Source of the DNA: a bacterium
Lineage (GTDB): Bacteria; Electryoneota; Electryoneia; Electryoneales; Electryoneaceae
Assembly: GCA_963669175.1 (NCBI GenBank)
Contig: OY769902.1
Location: forward strand, 4,320,001-4,384,000
DNA: 64,000 nucleotides
Direction: 5' to 3'
Part shown: piece by piece, positions 51,648 to 61,100 of the stretch
Numbering within the stretch: the stretch's first letter is position 1
Layout: each line of letters starts with the position of its first letter
Translations under genes and position numbers: made by a program
The notes under the pieces: generated by a model
Seen by the model: the letters and a program-made list of their open reading frames with translations, nothing else
What the model was told of the DNA's origin: nothing
Databases searched by the model: none

Positions 51648-52934
51648 TTATGCCCAGCCACGTTCCTTGCAGGCCTGGGCGACACGGCTCACCGAAATGA
51701 CATAGGCCGCATCACGCATGTACAGCTTCTTGCGACGCGCCAGTTCGCTGACCGACAGGAAAGCGGAGGTCATCTTCAGATCCAGCTTACCAAGGACTTC
51801 GTCCTTCTCCCAGAAGTAGTTCTGGTTGCACTGTACCTGTTCGAAGTAGGAGCAGGTCACGCCACCGGCGTTGGCCAGGAAGTCTGGAATCATGAAGATG
51901 TTACGGCTGTGAATCACTTCATCGGCTTCCGGGGTGGTCGGGCCATTGGCGCCTTCCGCGATAACTTTCACCCGGTTGCTGATCTTGTTGACGTTGTCAG
52001 CAGTGATCTGGTTTTCCATCGCCGCCGGGATCAGGACGTCCACATCCTGCTCGATCCATGCATCACCCGGAAGGATTTCGTAACCGAGGTCACGTGCCTT
52101 GTCGCCATCAACACCACCGAAGCGGTCAGTGATGGTCAGCAGCTCGTCCACATCGATGCCTTCCATCTTGCGTACGGTGTAGGACTTTTCATCCTTCTGA
52201 TCCCAGTAGGAGGCGCAGATAACTTTGCCACCGAGCTGCTGATACAGACGGATAGCGTACTGCGCGACATTGCCGAAGCCCTGAACGGCGGCGACGGTGT
52301 CGGCAGTGCGGATGTTAAGTTCACGAAGAGCTTCACGCAGGGTGAAGATCACACCAAAGCCGGTGGCTTCGGTACGGCCCAGGGAGCCGCCCATGCCTAC
52401 GGGCTTACCAGTAATGAAACCAGGATACTTCGCGCCGTGGATGTGCTCGAATTCATCCAGCATCCACAACATGTGCTGACCATTGGTCATGACATCTGGC
52501 GCGGGAACATCAGCCAACGGGCCGACATTCTTTGCAATCTGACGAACCCAGCCACGGCAAATGGCTTCCTGTTCACGCATGGACAGGTTGTGAGGATCAC
52601 AGATTACGCCACCCTTGCTACCACCTAAAGGAATATCGACTACGGCTGTCTTCCAGGTCATCCACATGGAAAGAGCACGAACCGTGTCAACGGTCTCTTG
52701 CGGGTGAAAACGAATGCCACCCTTACCGGGACCACGTGAATCGTTATGCTGCACACGGAACCCACGGAACACCTTGAAACTGCCGTCATCCATCCGAACC
52801 GGAATGCTGAAATGGTATTCACGAAGCGGATTACGGAGCAGGTCACGAGTTGCTTGATCCAGATCAAGTATTTCCGCGACATGGTCAAACTGTTTCTGGG
52901 CCATTGCGAAGGCGTTGAACGACTTGTCCGCCAT
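51648..52934 (-). CDS. gdhA: Glutamate dehydrogenase (Glu/Leu/Phe/Val family)
   Basis: KGGIRFHP, MTWK, GGSKGG, DVPAPD, GRTEATG, QGFGNV, EGANGP and ANAGGV motifs. Confidence 0.96.
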   Translation of the reverse strand: MADKSFNAFAMAQKQFDHVAEILDLDQATRDLLRNPLREYHFSIPVRMDDGSFKVFRGFRVQHNDSRGPGKGGIRFHPQETVDTVRALSMWMTWKTAVVDIPLGGSKGGVICDPHNLSMREQEAICRGWVRQIAKNVGPLADVPAPDVMTNGQHMLWMLDEFEHIHGAKYPGFITGKPVGMGGSLGRTEATGFGVIFTLREALRELNIRTADTVAAVQGFGNVAQYAIRLYQQLGGKVICASYWDQKDEKSYTVRKMEGIDVDELLTITDRFGGVDGDKARDLGYEILPGDAWIEQDVDVLIPAAMENQITADNVNKISNRVKVIAEGANGPTTPEADEVIHSRNIFMIPDFLANAGGVTCSYFEQVQCNQNYFWEKDEVLGKLDLKMTSAFLSVSELARRKKLYMRDAAYVISVSRVAQACKERGWA

Positions 52935-53492
52935 GAAACACCCCCTACGTCCTTTTGCGCGCCGTCTTCTCGGGGCGGGCGCTGCCTGAAAATGAAAACG
53001 CTATGAATAAAAAAACGGTAAAGAAGGCTAAGGGAATCTTCCTACAGACGGGGGAGTTCCCTTAGCCTTGCTGGGATCAAATATAAACTGCATTATTCTC
53101 AAACGCTAGAGGCAATTGGAGATTTAACTCCCCTTAACTAAGCAAGGTTTAATGAGTTACAAAAAAGCTTGTTCAACAAAAGTACAAAGTTACTCGAGTC
53201 GTTGCCTATGAATTATAAACTACTTGATTTTGTGGAGTCTTACTTCGCTTTGCAAAACGAAACACAGGCTGGAAAAATGTAGCAGTTCGCAAGAGAAATA
53301 TGGACAAAATACTGCCCGTTATCCGCTCGGCAATCACACCTCAAAAAAAAGTAAAAACCTGTAGCCCACACCCATAAAGGATCTTAGCCCACCTCGTTGA
53401 TCACCCTGAATTCTTTTGGCACATCGGTTGCACTTATACCCGACAGAAAGCAGAAGACAAAGTTTTTCATACACTTACAGGAGGACACCCTC

Positions 53493-53834
53493 ATGACAAC
53501 GAGAAAACTGATTGCACTGATGCTTGGAATCCTGGTATTGAGCAGTTTTGCCATGGCACGTCCTCGTCCAGTCGAATACTTGCCGTTTTCTGGCGAGCCA
53601 GGTGATTTCGGTATGATGGAGCCGCATCCCTATGTTTACGCACTGTCGGCCGACGAACACATCATTGATTCGGAATTCCCGCTTTACAGTGGACATCCGT
53701 CCGTATGGCGTCCCAATCCCCAGCCGATTCAGCGCATGGATCCTGATGGAAAGCACATTGTCCCCTTTGACGATGACCAGATCAGGTTCACTCCAGACAA
53801 GCACGGTATTGAAGTGTATCAACGCAACCATTGA
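53493..53834 (+). CDS. Small secreted hypothetical protein
   Basis: AGGAGG RBS and signal peptide MTTRKLIALMLGILVLSSFAMA. Confidence 0.65.
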   Translation: MTTRKLIALMLGILVLSSFAMARPRPVEYLPFSGEPGDFGMMEPHPYVYALSADEHIIDSEFPLYSGHPSVWRPNPQPIQRMDPDGKHIVPFDDDQIRFTPDKHGIEVYQRNH

Positions 53835-53933
53835 CAACTTCAGCATTGATTTTCATGGATCGCCCCCATGATTTCAGAAGCAACCACAGGACCAGCCGAT
53901 TTCGGCTGGTTTTGTTTTGTAGTGGCTCCTGGC

Positions 53934-54020
53934 GAAAAATCTGGTACAGTTACCTTTTCTCCAATACCTGAATGACGTCCTGCACTTGACATCATGAAAA
54001 GGTAACAGTCCCATTTTTCG
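53934..54020. repeat. Two further REP-like palindromes of the 12046/41508 family
   Basis: GAAAAATCTGGTACAGTTACCTTTTC and GAAAAGGTAACAGTCCCATTTTTCG. Confidence 0.7.
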
Positions 54021-54136
54021 CCAGTTTTATACTCTTCGAGGTATATATAGTATTTCTTGAAAGTAATGTCGGATACAGTCATCCGACCAAAAAAAAACGC
54101 CCCATCCGGGGCGCAAAGAACAATGCTGAGAACTTC

Positions 54137-54379
<243 letters not shown>

Positions 54380-54542
54380 TCACGCAGATCACACCGCTTG
54401 CTCCGCTTTCCTCCCCCTTGTTTCGGTACACAATGTACGTAAAACTACAACGCCGTTTCCTGCATAGCAAAACCTTAAACTCCCCTAATCTTTTGCGAGA
54501 TTATCTCACTAAAAGGTGAAAAAACAATCACCTGTATCGTAT

Positions 54543-56939
54543 TCATCTATCCAAATGAACCAGACGAATCCCAACTTCTCCACTTCTTTCAGTTTCTGTA
54601 CGGCTGTCACGGCTGGCGCTACGCAATTCTGCACCGGCATCATTCCAGCTTCCGCCTCGAATCACACGTTCACTTCCGGAAGGAGTATTCCAGGCTGAAC
54701 CATCTTCCGGCGCTCCGGTATAGCTATCATGATACCAGTCCTGGCAATACTCCCATACATTGCCGAACATATCGTAGAGACCCCAGGAATTCGCATCCCG
54801 ACCACGGACATAGTGAGTCGTATTGTTGCTGTTATCCGTAAACCAGGCATAACCGCCCAATTCGGAATAATCGCTGTCATCTCCCCAGGGGAAACGTGTG
54901 TCTGATCCGGCACGAGCGGCGTATTCCCACTCCGCTTCTGTCGGCATACGCCAGACCTGTTGACTCTCACCGGAATTCAGAACCGTCAGGAGAATCCGCG
55001 CTTCACCGAAACTGACATTTTCAACCGGCCGACTGGAGCCGGGGAATTCGGGGAATACATTACCACTCCCCATCACTGCTTCGTACTGCGATTGTGTCAT
55101 CTCAGAACGGCTCATCCAGAAACCGTAAGCGAAAGTAACATCATGTACCGGAGTTTCATCCAAATCAGCTCCAACTTCACCCGATTGGGCTCCCATCTGG
55201 AAGTTGCCCGGCGGAATCCACACCATCTGTACCTGTAAACCGCTGTTGCCCAGAGGGAATGACCTCATCGTACCGGCAGTCAAACCGCCACCGGAAAGGG
55301 TTTCATCAGCCATGTATGAATTCGCTACATTTCCGGCAACATCTGTGAAGTAACCGGTAATGGTTGCAGAAGAAAGTTGGGGACTGCTGTTTCGGACAAC
55401 CCAACTCCCGGTATAGCTGCCATCTGCCTGGTCTTCGAGTTGAATTCGGGAGGACAAGCCCTGGATAGCTACTTCTGCCAGACCGCCCGTTTCCTGCCCA
55501 TAAAATGCAGAATCGGCCAACAGGTTGAAATAAACCGTATCACCGGGTGCGACATCAGTTTCCGACGATGATGTCCAGGTGAATTCCTGAATGCTGGCGT
55601 CCAGGTCAACACCTACCGAATCACGGTAGGGGCCAAGTGTCAGAAAATCATTGCGCAGCCAGACATAAACAGTATGCCAGCCTGATTCCTGGGGCAAGTC
55701 TACAGTATACTCCGACTGGAATTCCTCCCAATCGATGTCACTGCTGTTCTGGCTCAGTCCGATTTTCATGTCAATCGCGCCGTAGGCCTCAAGCTCAAGC
55801 GGGATTGCGGTATAGTTGACGATATCCTCATCAGTCTGAATGCTGATGCTGCCATCGATAGGCTTGGTGCTGATCGTATCCCCGGCGACGGCTTCAATCA
55901 GGAATTCATTTCTGAAGGCGACCTCCACCCATTTCAAGCCTTCGCCTGTGGGCAATTCAACTTCATAAGATGAGACATAGGGAATCCATTCTGAGGATGT
56001 TGCCCTTATACCTGATTTATCCGGCTTCGCTTTGCCACGTTTGCCGCTCATCACCGAACCATCATCTGTCCCGTCTATCCGGGTGATCATCATCTCGGAC
56101 GCGCCCGGAGCGTTCATGGTCAACGTGACATTGCGGTACGCGGTATAAACGGAATCTCCCATTATCACAACATCGCCGGTCAGTCCGGCAACACCGACAC
56201 TGTCAATCAGAATAGCGGAAGTATCCCCATTCAGAAAAGCCACCTGTGCAAATATATATTTCATCCCGGCGCCGGTGGGCAATATCCATTCGGGAAGGGA
56301 ATCGTGATCAACCCAGTCCATTTCCCATACGAGTGTATCCAACGCCAGCGAATCCATGGCTGGAACATTGGTAATCCGCATCTTGTCAGCGCCGGGGCCA
56401 TACAGGGCCAGTCGGATGTTCCTGCTGGTAGCAACCGTATCAGGCGTCAGGATGCGAAATACCGGTTCTGTTCCCGGTTCAAGTAAATGCACCCCCGCGA
56501 TAAAACTACTCCCCGCACTAAGAGGCGGTACAGCAACTGACCCACGCCAGGTAACCCCGGCATGATCAAGAATAACCGTAATCACACAGGCGGTTTCAAC
56601 CGGGACTTCGAGAGGACGGTTGCCATGCTGACGTGTGATAATGATCGTCTCTTCATAGGCGGCCATGCCATCCGGATTGATCCGCACTTCAGCCGTGATG
56701 CTGCTGGTTATGTCCGGGACACTGTCCGGAAAAACGAATTGCAGCGATACACCGCCACTGGTATAGTCCACTTCTATTGGACCGTCCTTATCGCATGAAA
56801 CCAACAAGAGGAAAGCTGCACTGATCCCCGCGAACAGGAAAATCCAACGGAAAAGGTCGGCAGCGCCCGGGTCCAGAACTCTTTCTTTCAAATGTCGCAC
56901 CATGATCGCCTCCCCATCCCTATCGATTGTACCGTTCAC
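54543..56939 (-). CDS. Lipoprotein with C-terminal FGE-sulfatase (SUMF1-like) domain
   Basis: LVSC lipobox; F.MG, RMPTEAEWEYAARAG, WGLYDMFGNVWE and RVIRGGSW motifs. Confidence 0.88.
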   Translation of the reverse strand: MNGTIDRDGEAIMVRHLKERVLDPGAADLFRWIFLFAGISAAFLLLVSCDKDGPIEVDYTSGGVSLQFVFPDSVPDITSSITAEVRINPDGMAAYEETIIITRQHGNRPLEVPVETACVITVILDHAGVTWRGSVAVPPLSAGSSFIAGVHLLEPGTEPVFRILTPDTVATSRNIRLALYGPGADKMRITNVPAMDSLALDTLVWEMDWVDHDSLPEWILPTGAGMKYIFAQVAFLNGDTSAILIDSVGVAGLTGDVVIMGDSVYTAYRNVTLTMNAPGASEMMITRIDGTDDGSVMSGKRGKAKPDKSGIRATSSEWIPYVSSYEVELPTGEGLKWVEVAFRNEFLIEAVAGDTISTKPIDGSISIQTDEDIVNYTAIPLELEAYGAIDMKIGLSQNSSDIDWEEFQSEYTVDLPQESGWHTVYVWLRNDFLTLGPYRDSVGVDLDASIQEFTWTSSSETDVAPGDTVYFNLLADSAFYGQETGGLAEVAIQGLSSRIQLEDQADGSYTGSWVVRNSSPQLSSATITGYFTDVAGNVANSYMADETLSGGGLTAGTMRSFPLGNSGLQVQMVWIPPGNFQMGAQSGEVGADLDETPVHDVTFAYGFWMSRSEMTQSQYEAVMGSGNVFPEFPGSSRPVENVSFGEARILLTVLNSGESQQVWRMPTEAEWEYAARAGSDTRFPWGDDSDYSELGGYAWFTDNSNNTTHYVRGRDANSWGLYDMFGNVWEYCQDWYHDSYTGAPEDGSAWNTPSGSERVIRGGSWNDAGAELRSASRDSRTETERSGEVGIRLVHLDR

Positions 56940-58107
56940 GATATTGCCGCTCTTTCATACGTTCACGTAACTGGTGATCACGCTGTTGGGAACGAGACAT
57001 CTCCCTTGCCCAGAACCAGGTTACGCCGAAACGGAATTCAACATCACGGAAATTTTCCGCACTGCGATCACCGTAGTTCGCTGAAATCGGGATGACCAGT
57101 TGAGCCCGTCCGGTGAAGGGACCGTAATAATAGTTCGCCCCCAGCAACCATTCGAGTGTGGTCAAAGACGGCATCCCCGGATAGCTGGACGAGTAAGCGC
57201 CCCATTCACTGTCCACCTTGTTCCATTCCGTATAGGGCGCTTCGAACAGGTGCTTCAGGTGGAAACCGGAATAACTGTCTACCAGATCCCAGTAGCGATG
57301 GTTATACACTACTTTCAGCAACAAGGCATTCGCATTGTGAACATCGTATTCTGTATCAATGACATGTGTTGGATCGTTTGGATCAACCGCGCGCAGAACA
57401 TGTTTCTGATCCCCGTTTGAGCGCCACTGCCCCAGCACCTGGACATCCCCGAACGGCATGGCGTGCATGAGGTTGACGCTCAGGATCATATCCGTCGCGC
57501 CGGTGCCAAGCGGAGTATTCATCCGGCTGCGATAAGCGCCGCTGTTGGCCGTCGGGAACTTGAGTGTCATAGCCGCAGCGTAACTCATTCCCACCGGTAA
57601 TGGAAAAGAGTAGCCCAGTGTCATGCTGAGGTCACCAAACCCGGACGCATTGAAATCATGGCCACGATAGCCGAAACTTCGTCCTTCCACCATGGGCATG
57701 GTCAGCCCGAACACCCAGTCCCGGTAAAAGAAATAGGCCGGAACCTGCCACGCGCTGTAGGACTTGGACAGCACTAGCTGCGTGTTGGTGTGAACGCTGA
57801 ACATGTAGCCATTGGCACGATCCCACTCGCCCAGGTATTCACGTTCATAGCGTTCCGCCCTGTGCATATCCAGCAGGCTGGCAAGTGGAAACGGGTCTTC
57901 AACGAGTAACTCGGCAACTGGTGGGATTACGCCTGATCCCTCCGTAACCACATCGATTACAAAGGATTCCTGCGCATTAACCTGGCTCACCCCCATCAGG
58001 GCCAGCAGAAGACTCAAGATCACCAGTTTTTGTTTGCGCACGTGAATCACGTGACCTCCCCGGGACATGACCGGCGCCACGGTTTCATTCCACCGTGACG
58101 CCGCCAC
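56920..58107 (-). CDS. Putative outer-membrane beta-barrel (transporter-like) protein
   Basis: Signal peptide; SGFGDL, LKFPTA and LGTGATD motifs; start may be at about 58050. Confidence 0.6.
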   Translation of the reverse strand: MAASRWNETVAPVMSRGGHVIHVRKQKLVILSLLLALMGVSQVNAQESFVIDVVTEGSGVIPPVAELLVEDPFPLASLLDMHRAERYEREYLGEWDRANGYMFSVHTNTQLVLSKSYSAWQVPAYFFYRDWVFGLTMPMVEGRSFGYRGHDFNASGFGDLSMTLGYSFPLPVGMSYAAAMTLKFPTANSGAYRSRMNTPLGTGATDMILSVNLMHAMPFGDVQVLGQWRSNGDQKHVLRAVDPNDPTHVIDTEYDVHNANALLLKVVYNHRYWDLVDSYSGFHLKHLFEAPYTEWNKVDSEWGAYSSSYPGMPSLTTLEWLLGANYYYGPFTGRAQLVIPISANYGDRSAENFRDVEFRFGVTWFWAREMSRSQQRDHQLRERMKERQYRERYNR

Positions 58108-58112
58108 TCCCT

Positions 58113-61100
58113 TTATTTCAAGAAAACAATCTTACGAATATCTGACCAGCCTTCGGATGTTGATACACGCATGATGTACGTACCCGAAGCGCCCTTTGCC
58201 GTCCAGTGGAAAGCGTGGTAACCGGCGGCATACTGCTGGCTGGTTACGATATCCACCCTGCGTCCCAGCATGTCGAACACCTCGATGCGCACATGCGCTG
58301 CACGTGGCAAGCCCACATGCACCTGGGTAGTCGGATTACATGGGTTTGGATACGGGGCGCCCATCGAGAAACGTGAGGGGATATCTTTGCGGTTCGGCTC
58401 AACATGGAACTGGAAGCGACTGTCGCTTTCAACCGTATCACCCGCCGAAATTGCCTGTACATACCACGTGAAATGCAGTGTGGAATCCCAGAAACGGTGA
58501 GACAGTTCCGGGGCAACCTCCAGCACGATCGAAGGTGATTCGGTAACCATCAAATCCATGTACACCGCATCTTCAATGGCGACAGAATCCTGTTCCAGAA
58601 TCAGACGGTATTTCACATCCTGGTTCGGGTCCGGATCAACCGAAGCCTTCCAGGTGAACAGCAGGTTACGGATATCATCCACATTCAGCGTGTCACCATC
58701 GGCAACACGTGCCAGTTCAAACGCTGTAGGCGCTTGAGGACGTGCTGTGGTGAAATTACCGGACGAGGTTGACCAGGTGCCTTCCGTGTTCGTATCGACA
58801 GCACGAACCTTCCAGTAGTAGGTCCTGTCATCCTGCAATCCAGTTGCATGGAATTGCGCAGCTTCGATAGCATCGTAGACCAGTGTTTTCACATCCGGGA
58901 ACTGCGGATCAAGACTGAGAAGCAGTTCATAGCGCAAGGTATCCTCGAAGTCCGGGTCAGACGATTCCTGCCAGGTGAAGCTTACTGTCGTGTCAGCAAT
59001 AACCGCCTTCTTTTCCGGGTAGACCAGATCGAAAGCAACCGGTGCATGTGCGATACGAACCTTGAAATGACGGCCGTTGCTGCCTGAGCTGCACCAGCGT
59101 TCCAGTCCGAAGATATCTACGGCACGAACCCGCCAGTAGACGGTCTCGTTATCGAAGGTATTCTCCAGATCATCCAGCAACAGGGCTGTGTCGCGCAGGG
59201 TTTCCGTAAAGGTCGAAGCGCTGTTGTAATCAGATGACGTCGAATAGTCAAGAACGAAGGTTACACTGTCACCCGGATCGGGATCAGTTGTGTTACGCCA
59301 GGTCAACAGCACGCTGTCTTCCGCAACCGTACTGCCATTTGCGGGACCGCTCAGGTTGAAGCCGTTCGGCGCTTCCGGGATGTAGACCTGGAAGGCAAAT
59401 ACCTGGCGTGAAAGTGTACCGTTGGTATTGTCATCCAACGCCCTGACCTTCCACCAGTAGACCGTATCATCGATAAGGTCGTCCATTGCCAGAGTCGGCT
59501 CAGTCACATCGGCCGAGTCAGCATCCTCGAAATCGGCATTGGTCGCCCACCAGACACGATAAGTCGCTACTTCATCATCAAGGTCAGGATCGGTTGAAAC
59601 TTCCCAGCTCAATGTCGTCGCCGTTTCGGTCAGGCTGCTGCCGTTATCCGGTGTCAACAGGCTGAAGGTGGTCGGCGCATCGGGACGAATTACCTCGAAT
59701 GACCAGCCATCATCGTTACCGTTGGCCCAGGTCGTGCTGTCAAAGCTGTCAATGGCGCGCACCCGCCAGTAAATCGTGGTGTTGTCCGGAAGTTCATCCA
59801 GTTCACCGGTCGCACCACAACGGGAATCATCAATCTCAGAAGCGCTGCCAAACTGGTTCGATGCGGTAGCAATACCTGATTCAGCGCCAAATACAGACGC
59901 TTTCTTCTTTGACGTACTGGAAGCAAATCCGGTCACTTCGGTTCTCTTCTCGCCTGCAACCTGCATGCTGCCCGTAGCGAGTATACCGTTGCGTGGGCTG
60001 AAGCTTGCCAGGCCATCATCACCGGAAATGCCATTTCCACCGGTCCCGATGCTGGTCATCACTTCTTCCAGGTCACTGATGGTCAGGAAGGTATCGGTTG
60101 TGATTTCCGTGAAGACTGACATGAAGTTTGCGTCAGCCGACCACTGTACTTCGTAGCTGACCTCGTCGCCCGGGTCGGGATCATCGGCGCTGTTCCAGCG
60201 TACAGTCACTGCTTCAAGAGCGACGGTATCCTCATCGTTCGGATACGCCAGCGTAAAGGCTTCCGGCGGTTCCACAATGTAGACATGCAGGGACAGGGTA
60301 TCTTCCGCCCAGGTTCCTTCGGTGTTGCTGTCAGTCGCACGTACCGTCCACCAGTAGGTGTGGTCGTCTTCCAGATCAGCGAACGTAAATTCCGTATCCT
60401 CAATGCTGTCCGCTTCGAGGGTAGCGTTCAACATCCGGCTGTTCTGTGCGATCCAGACATCATAGCTCGGGGTATCGTACGGGTCGGGATCGGTACTGGC
60501 ATCCCAGCTCAGGACTTCAGACGTACTCCAGGCCGTATCCTCATCCGCCGGGCTGACCAGGCTGAAGGCTTCCGGCGCTTCGTACTGATCGGTGCTGAAT
60601 TCACGTCCATCTTCACCCGGATCAGCGTAGGTGTAGAGGTTGTCGTTGTCGAATGCACGTACACGCCAGTAGATGGTCACATCGTCCGGCAGTTCATCCA
60701 GCTCACTGTCACCCTCGTTGTGTGAACCGAGCGCTACGCTGCTGCCAAGGCTGACCTCCATACTGCCGAAGGTATTCCCACGGCTTGACGAGGCTAACGA
60801 GGCGAATCCATCATCCTGCTTTTCAACCTGGTCACCACCATTCACGGACAACTCAGCAGCCAACGCAAACCAGTCGGTCAACGTCCATTCCTGCTCGTCC
60901 GTGATAAAGGTGAAGTAACTGGTAAACTGTGCGTCTGCCGCAACTTCAAGATGATAGGTAATCGGATCGCCGTTATCCGGGTCGAAGGTCTCTTCCCAGC
61001 TTACCGTAACCGTGTCATCGTTGATGTGTGCGCCATCTTCCGGCAGTAACAGGGCAAACTGCGCCGGGACACCGGAAGTATGAATCGTAAATGACCATGT

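Noticed and set aside
54543-54700. Diversity-generating retroelement target (FGE-sulfatase C-terminus)
   Set aside because: No template repeat or reverse transcriptase seen in the window; a remote one cannot be excluded.
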